Shown: positions 29,365-43,027 of the stretch, piece by piece
How the letters are laid out: the number at the start of each line of letters is the position of its first letter
How positions within the stretch are numbered: position 1 is the stretch's first letter
Source: Eledone cirrhosa
Taxonomy: Eukaryota
DNA length: 64,000 bases
Reading direction: 5' to 3'
Assembly (NCBI GenBank): GCA_964016885.1
Contig: OZ024746.1
Coordinates: forward strand, 35,340,001-35,404,000
Translations under genes and position numbers: made by a program
Notes under the pieces: generated by a model
What the model saw: only the letters and a program-made list of their open reading frames with translations
Databases searched by the model: none
What the model was told of the DNA's origin: nothing

Positions 29365-31469
29365 GTGTGTAAATATATATATATGATATATACATGTGTG
29401 TGAACATAAATATAGACATATATATTTGTGTATATATATATACACACAAATATATATCTAAATCTATATTTATGAACATATATATATATATGTGTGTATA
29501 TAAATATATATATTTTTTGTATATATATATATATATGCATATATATATATATATATAAAAATGTATGTTTGTATATATATATATATATATATATAAAAAT
29601 GTATGTTTGTATATATATATATATTTATATATATATATAAATGTATATTTGTATATGTATATATATATATGTGTGTGTGTGTGTATTTGTATATGTATAT
29701 ATGTGTGTGTGTGTATTTGTATATATTATATATATATGTATATATGTGTGTGTGTGTATTTGTATATATTATATATATATATATATATATGTGTGTGTAT
29801 ATTTGTGTATATATATATATATATATATATTTATTAAAATAAACTTTAATCTGTTATTTTAATAAATATTTGCTCTACGGTTCTTATATATTTGATATAT
29901 TTTTATCCTTATCGAGCCCTCTTTTGATTTTAGTCTTCAAATGTTATTATTATTACTATACATATTAAGTAAGTAAGTTAATTTTATAATTTTCTTATTT
30001 TACGTCTCTTATATATATATATATATATATAAACCTAAATAAACCTTAACATACGTTTGCACTAGCAATACAACAGCAAACACGAAAAAGTAAGGAAAAT
30101 ATGTTCATTCAAAAATATTCCTACTAAAGGAATCACTTTCCTACACACACACACATATACACACACACAATATATATATATATATATTCTCTTCATCTTA
30201 ACATGCTAACCATACTCCCATACACACACATAACAACCCGCACACCTACAACTCCCTCCCCATTTCTACTAATAGAACCACTTTCCTACACACATATATA
30301 TATACACACACACAAAATATATATTCTCTCCATCTTAACATACTCGCACACACACACATAACACCCATATACACACACACACAACTCCCTCCCCCATCTC
30401 TACTAATAGAATCATCTTCCAATACACACATACACACACACACACACATACACATACACACACACAAGCACACAAATTAACATACATATCTTCACTTCCA
30501 TAGAAAATCTGAACTCTGACACCCCAGTGAGCTGGCCATATTCACTGAACCAGAACATTTCTCCCAATCCCTTTTCTCTTGACCACTATCTCTCCATTGT
30601 CATAACATTCACTATAAAGACTACAGAATAGTTTTCCAAATAAGGGTGCAAAAATGTAATGAAAACTTGTTCACATGACAACCAAATTTCATTTATAACC
30701 AACCAAAAAAAAGCCTTCGTGAGCCTCCTTTTTTCAAGTAAAAAGAAATTCAAACACTCATATATGAAAAAACAACCTGTGACAACCCCCCCCCCCCCCC
30801 TCTCTTATTTGAAGAACTATTGTAACGCGAACTGGCGCAAAATTTATTATAATTATTGACAAACCAATCAAATTACTTCTCGAAAAACCTGGCATTTCGA
30901 GCCACTTTTTCCATATAAAACAAGTAACATTCAGTAACATTTAAAAAAAAAAATAAGACTCCAGTTGCATTTTCGATTTCATCTCTTTTTCTTTATACTT
31001 TCACTCGTGTAGGACACCTCGGTTATTTTTCATTTTGTTAAAAAAATACTTGCTCTAGGATTCTTATACATTTGATATATATTTATCCTTATTGAGCCCT
31101 CTTTGGATTTTAGTCTTCACACACACATATATATATATATAATGCTTTCATGTACACCTGTATGATGAACCACATAGTGTTAGTACCACATGTAATGACC
31201 TCCCTTTCACCTGTCTAGATTAAATTATATGCAAATGTGCATCCACAGCCTTTTTTCATCTCGGTGGAGAGTGAGTAAATATTACTGATAAAATCCAGAA
31301 ATAATTATCTGGCATTCTCTCTGCTACATTTATAGTGAGTATCATATAATTTTATTATACATATACATGCGTTAAATGCTTTCATATTCACCACTATGAT
31401 GAGCTACATTATATTAGTGCCACTTGTAATATATATATATATAAACATGCTTCAGCTTTGGGTACAAGC

Positions 31470-31726
31470 TGAAGCTGAAGCATATAGGCAATATGCCCCC
31501 ACATCCTCCCACTGCAAAGTGGTCGTGGAGGTGCCACGGCAAAAAAGCACCCAGCACTCACTGTAAATGAGGTTGGTGTTAGGAAGGGTATTCAGCTGTA
31601 GAAATCAAGCCAGAATCAGTTCACGTATGAGCAAGACAAGGTCAGCCGACCGGACACTGCCCACAACAGGACAACCCGTGTAACCCATGCTAGCGTGGAA
31701 GAACGGACGTAAATCGGTGATGATGA
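31470..31726 (+). mobile_element. RTE 3' UTR fragment
   Basis: Reverse complement of the 23517/48020 UTR, (GAT)n tail. Confidence 0.75.
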
Positions 31727-33027
31727 TATATGAACTTATGTTAGTGTGACTTCTAATATATCTGTGTATATATATAAATATATATATATATAAATACATA
31801 TATATTTATATATATACACAGATATATTAGAAGTCACACTACATACATACATTCACATATATAAACATATATGAACTTATTTGAATATTGATGTGTGTTT
31901 TCATGTGTAATTGTTTGTGTTTAGTTATTTGAATACATTGCCATTAGTATTCGATATGTAACATGATTTGGCTACAACCCAGCTCTGCATATGATGGCTG
32001 CATTGCATGTATATACATGCATGAATACAAGCCTCATATTTGCCAATTATGCTATAGTGTGCTATTATGTATTTCAATATTTGCTTTTTGCCTGTTGTAT
32101 ATATCTATATACTTATGCTTAGATACAAATACATCCACACCTACATATATAATTCATATATATATATATATGTTTACACATACATACATGCACATTTATG
32201 CTTATATATACATGTTATTTATTAATACATATGTTATCATCATCATCATCAGCATCATCGTTCCACATCTACTCACCATGCTGGCATGAGTTTGATGGAT
32301 TGTGATGGTCTGAGGTGCTTCTTATTTGAAGTCGCCACCCTCTTATTTGTTCTGGAGATCAACATATAATTCAAAATCTTCCGTTTTGGCATGATTACTA
32401 GTATTGGATACCCTTCTTTATGCCAATCAATTTACAGAGTGTACTAAGTGCATTGCATTGTGCCACAAACACTGAAAATATATAGAATATTATTAGCAGG
32501 AATAAAGATATTCTGTAGATCTTATGAGATTCTGTTTGATCACTAACCTTCTAGCAGATTTTACTATGGCACCAGCATTAGTGAATTGGTCTTAAACCAT
32601 TCACAACTACAGTCCTCACCACTCACCTATATCTAGATTAATTCAAAGCAACATAATATAGATAGAGGATATTGCAATAAGAGAGGAACCAGGCTGTAGG
32701 TGAATATAACATTGGTTTCACTTTGGACTGAATATTACACAGGTTTCCTTTTGAAGTTTAAATTTACCTGTTGTTCTTGGTGTTTTGAATGAATATGGCC
32801 TTCAAAATGATCTGCAATTATTTGATTTTTAGTTAATTGAGATAGAGAGCATGTTGGCACACAATGGTTGTGACTGTAAACTCTACCTAAATAGAGTTAA
32901 TGTTAAATGGTTTCCAATTTCTTTAAGGCACACAATTCATTTGAAGTGTGTATTCAAATAAAGATGTATTACATTTGGGTGATGGAATTATATATGTATG
33001 TATGCGTGTATATATATATATATATAT

Positions 33028-33275
33028 CATCATCATCATCATCATCAACGTTTAACATCCGTGTTCCACGCTTGCATGGGTTTGGACGGGGGTAGTCCCA
33101 CTTGAGGCAAGAGTGATTGTCTTGCTCGCATAGGACTGTCTGGCAGGTTTTCTACAGTTGGATGCCCTTCCTAACACCAACCACATTTACAGTGTGGGTC
33201 TGGGAGGTTTTTACCGTGTTGCCTACACGGCCACATTACAGCGTGGACTGTGTGTTTTTTTGTCGTGACACCTAC

Positions 33276-33278
<3 letters not shown>
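33028..33278 (-). mobile_element. RTE 3' UTR fragment
   Basis: Near-identical to the reverse complement of 19488-19740. Confidence 0.8.
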
Positions 33279-33321
<43 letters not shown>

Positions 33322-33422
33322 TAAACAGAATAGAAAATGCTGACAAATTGTTCACAGTGAAAAATAGTTTAATTAGGAATAAGTGAGAATTAGTAATAGT
33401 ATTGGTTAGTATTGAGTTTTGG

Positions 33423-33460
33423 TTTTTACCGGTTGCGCATTTCTAATGCTTTTCAAAAAT
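33423..33460 (-). ncRNA. Degenerate U3-A8 hammerhead motif
   Basis: TTT-TTGAAAA-GCATT-aga-AATGC-GCAA-CCGG-TA-AAA; GAAA mutated to GCAA. Confidence 0.45.
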
Positions 33461-33546
33461 AATTTTGAGATAGAGCGTCCGTGATGTTTGCTCTGATCTG
33501 TCAGCAATTTGTCACCATTTTCTATTCCGTTTATATATATATATAT

Positions 33547-33902
33547 GGAGGATGGAGGCACATGGCTTAGTGGTTAGAGCATTGGCCTTGCAATCGAAAG
33601 GTTGTGAGTTCAATTCTCAGACCGGGTGATGTGTTGTTTCCTTGAGCAAGACACTTTATTTCACATTGCTCCAGTTTACTCAGCTGTAGAAATGAGATGA
33701 TAGGGACTGGAGTCCCTATCATTCCACTGTAAAGTGGTCGTGGAGGTGCCACGGCAAAAAAGCACCCAGCACTCACTGTAAATGAGGTTGGAGTTAGGAA
33801 GGGCATCCAGCTGTAGAAATCAAGTCAGAAACAGTTCTCGTCCCACCCTTGCAAGCAGGGAAAAAGCGGACGTAAAATGAAATGATGATGATGATGATGA
33901 TA
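33547..33902 (+). mobile_element. tRNA-headed SINE with an RTE-derived 3' tail
   Basis: A box TGGCTTAGTGG, B box GTTCAATTC, then TCCTTGAGCAAGACACT, the RTE 3' UTR motif and (GAT)n. Confidence 0.7.
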
Positions 33903-33959
33903 TATAATGTGTGTATGTTTATTTACAAAACACTTGCTATAAAAAAATATATATACACA

Positions 33960-34320
33960 CTGCTGCATGTCTTTGAGAAATCAAAGAGGTGTATGCATGT
34001 TACATAGACCTAAAAATGGTATATAACCCTGTTCTACTGAAACTGTTCTGGAAAGTTCTGCACAAATCTGGGACTAGTGGACAGATTCTTGTTTGTCTGG
34101 TGTCTCTATATGAAAGCCTTAATATTTGTGTCAGGATAAATTGTGCGAAGTCACAATCATTCACTGTGGATGTTGGATTCTGCCTAGGGTGTGTATTGTC
34201 ACATCTCCTGTTCATAATCTTTATGGATAGGATGAACTTACACAGCTGGATATCAAGACTGGTAGGAGTAGTAACAGTCGGCTGATATTTGCTGACGACA
34301 TAGTGTTACTTGACTCATCA
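33960..34320 (+). mobile_element. Degenerate non-LTR RT fragment (different RTE-like family)
   Basis: YACYIDLKMVY..., GCVLSHLLFIIFMDRM, then TTTGCTGACGAC (FADD). Confidence 0.65.
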
Positions 34321-34947
34321 GAATGAGAACCAGGGGTAGACTACAGTCAAGGCCATTGGATAACATCCATGAGCACAGTTAGTCTCGCTTGGGTATCCAG
34401 CCAAATTAATTGGAGATGGTTGCTTTTGTCATAATTATTGGTGAAAAAGAAAAAGAAAAATAACATGTATCCATGCGTCTGTTGCCAAAGGTCCCTGGAA
34501 TGGTGTGTTCTATAGAAAAGTAGATTTGATTTTCAAAATGTGCATCTCAAGTTTTGTGATACATGGAGTTTCTTAATACCAAAAAGAATTTAAAAAAAAA
34601 AAAGAAAATGGTAATACTCTCAATCACTGTTACTTAGACAATTTTTTTTTATCATTTCTTCACAGTGTTTATGTGAAGACACTCAAGTTAAAGTACAGAA
34701 TAAGCCACTGGTACAACTTCAACATACAGCTCTCCTGAGTAAAATCCCATAGAAACGATTTAGAGGACAACTGACATCACAGAGATGGGCCATTAGGAAT
34801 AAGTAATGTGAGATGAGGTGTGGGAAACACATGGTCTGACATGGAATAGTAAAAATTGAAAGAAAGGCATTCTATGGTAAAAATTGCCCCTCGAAGATGG
34901 ACCACTATTCTGGTATATCTAAATATATATATATATATATATATATA

Positions 34948-36807
34948 AGCCCTAGATAGAGGAAACTATAGAGGCATTAAATTAATTGACCAGGTCATGA
35001 AGGTCACAGAAAAAGTAATAGCGCAACTAATCACAGAGCGAATTGATCTAGACGAAATGCAGTTCGGGTTTGCGTCAGGTAAAAGTACAACAGCCGCTCT
35101 CTTCATTGTACGACAACTACAGGAGAAGTACCTAGCTAAAAGTAAACCCCTATACTTAGCCTTTGTTGACTTGGAGAAAGCCTTTGGCAGAGTACCCCGC
35201 TCGATTATCTGGTGGGCCCTTAGAAAACTAGGTGTTGATGAATGGCTTGTGAGAGCTATACAAGCCATGTATAAAGAAAGTCAGCAGGTTAGAATTAACA
35301 ACGAATATAGTGAAGAGTTTAGCGTAAAAGTTGGTGTTCATCAGGGCTCCGTCCTTAGCCCCTACTATTTATTATTGCCCTTCAGGCTATAACAGAGGAG
35401 TTAAAGACCGGCTGCCCATGGGAACTGCTATATGCAGATGATATAACGCTCAGAGCTGAATCAATGGCTGAACTAGAGAAGAAATTCCAAACATGGAAGC
35501 ATGGCCTAGAATCAAAAGGCCTTAAAGTTAACTTGTCTAAGACTAAAGTTCTAGTTTGTAGGAAGGAAAATAGGGCACCGGTCCCATCTGGGAAATGGCC
35601 ATGCTCAGTGTGTAGGAAAGGAGTAGGCAGAAACTCCATTTTATGTCCCAAATGCAAAGTATGGGTGCAGAAAAGATGTAGTGGGATCACAGGTAAGCTA
35701 ACTAAGAATATAGATTTTATATGTGGCCGGTGCTCTGGTGCAATAAGTAGCAGCAAGTGCCCTCAGAATACTAGCTCATTCCATTGCACAGATGGTTCTA
35801 TAGAAATAGTGGACAGCTTCCGTTACCTGGGTGACAAAATCAGCAGTGGGGGAGGGTGCTCTGAAAGTAAAGTAGCTAGAGTCAGAACGGGATAGAAAAA
35901 GTTCAGAGAGCTTATACCACTATTGGCCGCTAAAGGGTTCTCTCGAAAAATGAAAGGCAGGCTATATGATGCCTGCATATGAACAGCAATATTACATGGC
36001 AGTGAGACCTGGGCATTGTGTGCAAAGGATATATGCAGAATGGAGAGAAACGAAGCTTGCATGCTCCGCTGGATGTGTAATAGTAATATACGTGAACAGC
36101 AAAGCATAAACGAACTAAGGGAGAAATTAGGAATAAGAGGGATCAGATGTTGTTTACTCGAGAGAAGACTATGTTGGTACGGTCACGTGATGCGCATGAA
36201 AGATGACAGCTGTATAAAAAAGTGCAGGGCGATAAAAATAGACGGTAGCCACGGAGTAGGCAGACCCAGAAAAACCTGGGACGACTTGATAAATTCCGAC
36301 CTCACACACTTACACCTCACCAAGACAATGTCACTGGATCAAGATCTTTGGCGCTACACAGTTATACAGAAGACCCGCCTTGCCTAAGTACAAAGTGAAA
36401 CCTACAGTCAGTAGGCACCTCTAACAAAATACACCCCCGTCCCACTACCCCCACCCCATCCACACCACCCCCTTAAATGTGAATTTATGTTGCTACCACA
36501 ACATCCAGTCCGAAAGAAATGAGGTCGTGTAGGTGTCACGACAAAAAAAAACACACAGTCCACGCTGTAATGTGGCCGTGTAGGTAAGACGGTAAAAACC
36601 TCCCAGTACACACTGTAAATGTGGTTGGTATTGGGAAGGGCACTCAGCCGTAGAAAACCCGCCAGACGTGTAGGTGTCACGACAAAAAAACACACAGTCC
36701 ACGCTGTAATGTGGCCGTGCAGGATAACCAATCTTGCCTCAAGTGGGAAAACTCCCGTCCGAACACATGCAAGCATGGAAGAAGGACGTTAAACGATGAT
36801 GATGATG

Positions 36808-36808
<1 letters not shown>
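34948..36808 (+). mobile_element. Degenerate 5'-truncated RTE LINE, same family as 17093-19740
   Basis: ORF pieces 34997-35392, 35464-35895 and 36016-36387 closely match the 17224 ORF, with frameshifts and stops; same 3' UTR and (GAT)n tail. Confidence 0.9.
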
Positions 36809-36872
<64 letters not shown>

Positions 36873-37144
36873 GCGTGTGTTTGTTTGAATCTAGATGTGT
36901 ATTTATATATATATGTAAAATACTTATGTAGCACACATGCATATGCATGTATGCTTTCCAAAATATATGCATAAAATGTATAATACATATTCATGCACAT
37001 ATTTTATTCTTATTCATTTCATGCACACATATTTATAGCAGTGGATGTATACATGTGTAGCTGTGCATACTTAGGTAAAAGAATGAATGCATATATATAT
37101 GTCTCTCTCTCTCTTTCTATGTGTTTATGTATATATATACACAT

Positions 37145-37175
<31 letters not shown>

Positions 37176-38196
37176 CGTACCCACTTTAATGTATGTCTAT
37201 GCATTATGTTTTGATGACCCTTCAAAAATAGAAAGGAAGCTCCAAGTTTAGACAGTCAGTTGCCAACATCTGACAAGCTGCCATACATTATATGTATTGT
37301 TATTGGTTGCTCTTCATTGGTACTAATACTGCTGGACTGCACACCTCCAATCTCCCATATTAACTTTGATTAGCCTTTTCTGTCTATTTCAAGTTAATGT
37401 GATGCATATACAAATTTCTATTATCTAATGTATGAGGATGCAGCCTTAGTTCAATGATTAAGAAGTTTGTTTCACCATTTTGAGGTTTGTGGATCGATCC
37501 CTCTACACAATATTTTGAGCAACCTCTACTATACTAATCTCTGTTCAATCCAAAGTATGTCACTGGAACCTAGTAGACAATACCACTGAAGATGCACATC
37601 AGTTGGGCTTTACTGAGAATTCAAAGGCCCAGCTTTAAGACACACTGCGTAAACCTGGTTGTGAATGAATATTGCATTAAAACTACAAATGTTTGTAAAA
37701 TATTCGGCCTCCTACACAATAATTCAGTGAGTAAGCAGTATCATGAATGAAATGAGCATCACCTTCACATTGTACTCAGTTGCTTTTCATAAATATGACT
37801 ATAAATGCCACACATTTGGAACTTACAGATATCTGAAACACAAATTTCTCAATGGTTATAAAGACAAGAAGATATATGCAAATTTGATGTACAGCCATAT
37901 TCCAATAATGATGTAATGCTCTGACATTACAGAATAGTCTGACTTGACTTGATAAGTTCTGCTTATTGAGATGAGGATACCTTGAAATGGTAGTATGAAG
38001 TGATAATGTAAAAATAAAGGTCTGAATAATGAAGAAATTTGGACATCATTAGTGGCATCAACATGTGAATATATGGTCTTTTCAGTGTATCGATTGGGGG
38101 GGGGGGGTAGTGCATACTAGTTGTATGCTTCAACCTGTGCACATGGGAAGGAAGGTCTTCTGTATTACAGCATAATGCCAGAGATCTCAATTTGTC

Positions 38197-38241
<45 letters not shown>

Positions 38242-38278
38242 CATATTTATATATTTACATGTTTTTGTGTGAGAATGC

Positions 38279-38309
<31 letters not shown>

Positions 38310-39974
38310 GAGAGAGATAGAGAGATAGGTATGCAAACATGTGAATACATACATACATACACATGCATGTGTGTATGTATGTGTTACATCTTTGATGACC
38401 CTTCAAATATAAAAAGGAAGCTCCAAGTTTAGACAGCCAATTGATGACATCTGACAAGCTGCCATACGTTCCATATTTTTATTGGTTGCTTTATATTGGC
38501 ACTAATACTACTGGACTACTCAACCTTAAATGTACTATATTAACCTTGCCTGTCACCCCTCACCCCGTCTATCTCTTATGCACATCAATGTGATGTGTGT
38601 GTATATGTATGTTCTATGTAGTGTATGAGAGCTTAGGCTTGGCAGATTGATTAAGTTGTTTACTTTGCAATTATAAAGTTTCCAGATCGATCTCACTATG
38701 CAGCATTTAGGAAAAGTACAGTATACTTTAGATTTGGGATAAACAATCCCAGTAACTAAAACAGAGTAAATGTTTTGGAACTAGCTTGCCTAGTTTTGTT
38801 ACACTCAGTTTGTAACTAATTCTGAATCATAATTTAATGAACACATATTTCTCTTTGTGTAGTATATTTTATACATATAGCTTTGCTACTTTAAGTCTGA
38901 CTGAGAATTATGTGCATACAAGTGGCTGTGAAAATCTCAGCGACTTGGACAATATTCTAATAAGAATATAGTTCATTGATCTAACACTCTCTATATACCT
39001 TGCTGAACCCTTATTGTGTCTTGTGTATAATTGTGGTTACTGTGTCTTGTTTTCTTTTTATGTGTGTGTGTGTGTGTAAAATGCTTTACATGTTCAGGTT
39101 TATCTTTATCTTCATGTGTGCTAATATGTGGATGCAAGCATGGATAAGTGGATAACAAGCTCACTTCACACTCATAAGATTCAGAAACATCATGTGGTAT
39201 CTCGTGCATCTCTTACTATCTCTCTGGTCATCCGAAGCTTTGTAAGGGAAGTTTGTTATACAGCACTGTAATTTAAACTATAAATGTACTTTAAAAGGCC
39301 ATCCTTGTTACACACTGTCTCATGGTGATTCTACATGAAAATTACATTAAGACAAAACTATCTGTGAAACAATCAGGCTCTTATAATATAATTCAATGAA
39401 TAGGCAACACAACTGGAAAACTTGAAGCTATTTACATTATGTTCTCAAAACATTCTTAGCTCTCATAGATGTGTGAATATTTAAATGAGTACAAGCTCTG
39501 TTTTATCTACTACTTATGTGTAAACTTGTGTGTATATATCTGTATGTGTACATTGTTCTGGTCCTGAATCATCTTTTACCGTTGTGTGAGTGTGTAATTA
39601 TGTTATCAAACACTGATTATTTTTAATGAATTACAGCAGAATTTGGCTAGGATTAGGCCCCTATATTTAGAATGTTTCAATCTGGTGACATCTATTTTTA
39701 GAGCCCCACATTCTGTGATAAACTTGGTACTTTAGCAACTATTGTAGACAAATGGTATGAAAGGGCTGTGCAAGCCATGGCAGGGAGAGGAATGAGTCAG
39801 CATGTTAAGTATCAGCAATAAATTTGGTATATTTTTCGGACTTCACCAAGGCACAATCTTGTGTTATTTATAATAGTTGTCTAGACTGTAGCAGAGGAGT
39901 TTAAGACTGGCTACCCTTGGAACATCCTGTATACAGATAATCAACGTCCATGTCAATGGCATGACAATTTATCT

Positions 39975-40285
39975 AGTGGTGGTGCCATAATAAAATACAT
40001 CCATCATACTCTGTATGTGTTAGAGATGGTGCCACATCATAATATATCCAGTATACTCTGTATATGTTAGTGGTGGTGCCACAATAATATGTACACTGAA
40101 TTCAAAGTAAATGGTAGTATTAGTGCCATTATAAAATGCACAAAGTACACTCTGTAAAGTGGCAGTGCTAATGCCATGATAAAATACAACCAGTACATTC
40201 TGTAATGTATTAGTGTTAATGCCACGATAAAATGCACACAGTAAACTGTGTTTTTGTTGGCATTAGGAAAGGCATCCGGCTGAAG
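39975..40285 (+). repeat. Degenerate ~48-bp tandem array derived from an RTE/SINE tail
   Basis: Units GTGCCAxxATAAAATxCAxCCAGTACACTCTGTA, ending in TTAGGAAAGGCATCC. Confidence 0.65.
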
Positions 40286-40545
40286 ATTTTATTCTAAATC
40301 TAACTTAAAAATGAAAATCTTAAATACTGCATTACAGAAATTCACAGATATATAGCTTTGTTACTTAAGCAATTACAATGCACCATTTAAATGTTCTGTA
40401 CTGATTCACAACCTTAATATAATGTCAAATTTTTTTTGAGGTCTGACATAGAATATGTGACTAAAATTGGTATTTGTGCTACAGATTTGCATAAAGGCAT
40501 AACTTTAAAGTTGAAACTGTTTACAATATAATGTTTCATGGTTGT

Positions 40546-40957
40546 TTAACCTTTTAGCATTTACATTACTCTATATATACTACTGTAGTTTCATAGTAAA
40601 GGCTTTACCTCACATAATATTGAATCTATAAGAATCATACCTTAACATCAGTTTGAGGGGCTAGTTACAGCCGTTGTAAAAAGAAAGATGAGAGAATTCT
40701 GGCCGAAAATGACCAGTTTAATCCTTTAGCATTAGACCAGCCATATCCGGCCACAATTCTATCACTTCTTTCTGTTCAAACAGGCTGGAATTGGCCACTC
40801 ATACTGATGTTAAGATATTTTTCTCAAAATAAATAACCTCAAAATCTCATACATTCGATATTATATGTGATAATTATGTAAGATAATGGTTTTACCAGAT
40901 AATGTTTTTACCAGAAAAATATGTATATATAGAGTAATGTGAATGCTGAAGGGTTAA
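40546..40957. mobile_element. Two inverted piggyBac-type MITE copies joined at ~40718
   Basis: TTAACCTTTTAGCATT start and AATGCTGAAGGGTTAA end; the two halves are reverse-complement copies of the 258-473 family. Confidence 0.7.
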
Positions 40958-42984
40958 AAATCGTGATCAGAGGGATAGTTAATATTACCATGTCTATAAT
41001 ATGTTAGAGATTTGCTTTGTACATATGATTTTCTTTATGAGGAAAGTAACAATTAAGATCAGATGTTGTACATTGAGCTTAATGCATTGAAATAGAGAAG
41101 TAAAATTGTAAGTCTATTTCACATCCAACAAAAATAATGTAAGTTGGTCCATTTACCATTTTCATTGTATGGGTGTATATATGTTTGTTTCTGTGCTTTG
41201 ATATTTGTATAAGTGTATGTGTATTTGTTTATTATTGTAGCTGTGTGTTCCAAACTACTATATATTTGACAAACAGCCATGATAGCTTCAATTGACTTGT
41301 ATCTACTCTGATCTACCCTGATGTACTCTGGACAGTTAATCATATTTATTTCTTCCCCACCCATATCTAAAATGTCATCAGAGTGAGTTAAGTGGTGTAT
41401 GCTTGTATATGTGCTTTTTTTTCTGTTTCTGTGTGTGTGCGTGCATGTGGGTGTGTCTGTGTGTGTATGTTCATTCATCAGGATTTTGCAAATGCATTTA
41501 TGTATTTCATCAAATTGATTGACATCTAATGCATTTCATATATGATTTTAAAAAATGTGCTAAGGGAAATAACTCAGATGGGCCAATAATATGAATTTTA
41601 TGTGTATGCTGCTATTTTAAATGTGTCTTTTCTGAGTTTGGGTTGCTGTTGTATGTGTAAGTGCATGCATTCACTTAGATTGCTATTTTGTTGCCATTGT
41701 AATTTGTGTCCTGATCTGCCTTAATCATTTACAGCTATGACCAATGATTATCAAATTTTGATCCCCATATTTTTGTGTTTATTCAGAACCATATTTTCCA
41801 ATGTGACTTTTCCGTTTTTTGTTTTGTTTTATGTGTTGTTTGGTGTAATCAAGGTGGTGAATTGGCAGAATTGTTAGAATGTTAGATAAAATGATTTACA
41901 ATATTGATTTTGGTTCTCTGCACGCTGTGTTCAAATCCTGCTGAGGTCAAATTCACCTTTCATCTATTTAAGGTTGATAAAAAAAAGGACCAGTCAAGTA
42001 CTGGGGCTGATTCTTCCTCTATATCTCTATCTCATTTCCATTTTCTCACTCTCTCTATCCTTCTCTGGTAGAAATCTGTTGTATTCAAGCCTGGAGAGAT
42101 GAGCACAGACAGGTTTTAAAAAATGCCTTAGAAAATCCATATATCAATATGACACCCCTACAACTATTGCAGCAATCACAGGACCTTACATCCATGGATG
42201 TAATGTGGTAGGGGATAGGAAGGGCATCTTGCCACACACAAAAAAAAACAAAAACAGCTGAACAAAAGGTCAGCATGACTTCAACTGAGTCAAAAACTCC
42301 CAGAAACTTTGAGAAGTCAGTATCTTTGATTAACTACTGAGTTCGTCTATTTCGATCTGTCCAACCCTTGCTAGCAGAGAAAGCAGATTGCAAATTATGA
42401 TAATGATATATATAAGAATATACAGGCAAATTTTGAGAGATGATAAATGTACTTGTTTTGTTCTTTGAGCTCAAAGTTCAAATTCCACTGATATCACTTT
42501 CATCTTTTCATGTTGGGAAAATAAACTATTTGTCCCAAGGCATTGGATTAGCAGAATTGTTAGTGTGCCAGATAAGATACCATGTGGTATCTGATATAAC
42601 GTTTTCCTTCTGTGTTTAACAGTTCAGTTATTGCATACTATTAGTATAATAAGTGATGTAAAAGAGACTGCCTGTAACACACACCAGTGAACTCACAAAA
42701 CTAATTCAGTACAAGCCCTATGTTATATATATATATGATATGTAATATACATATTACATATACATACATGACACCCAGATACAGACTGCATTTACACCCT
42801 TTTTTCTTTTGTATTCTTTTGTTTTATGTTTTCCATGCATCTTTCCCAAGAGTGTCAGTGTTGAAAATGTGGTGTAAATGACGAATAATAAATGGACCTT
42901 TCAGTTCCTCCTCTGGGAATATATATACATTTTCAGCATTATCACTGCCATCTTTGTTACTGCTGCTAGTACTACTACTACTAT

Positions 42985-43027
<43 letters not shown>

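Noticed and set aside
33560-33630. tRNA gene
   Set aside because: A/B boxes are present, but the sequence continues into a SINE body and RTE tail with no clean cloverleaf.
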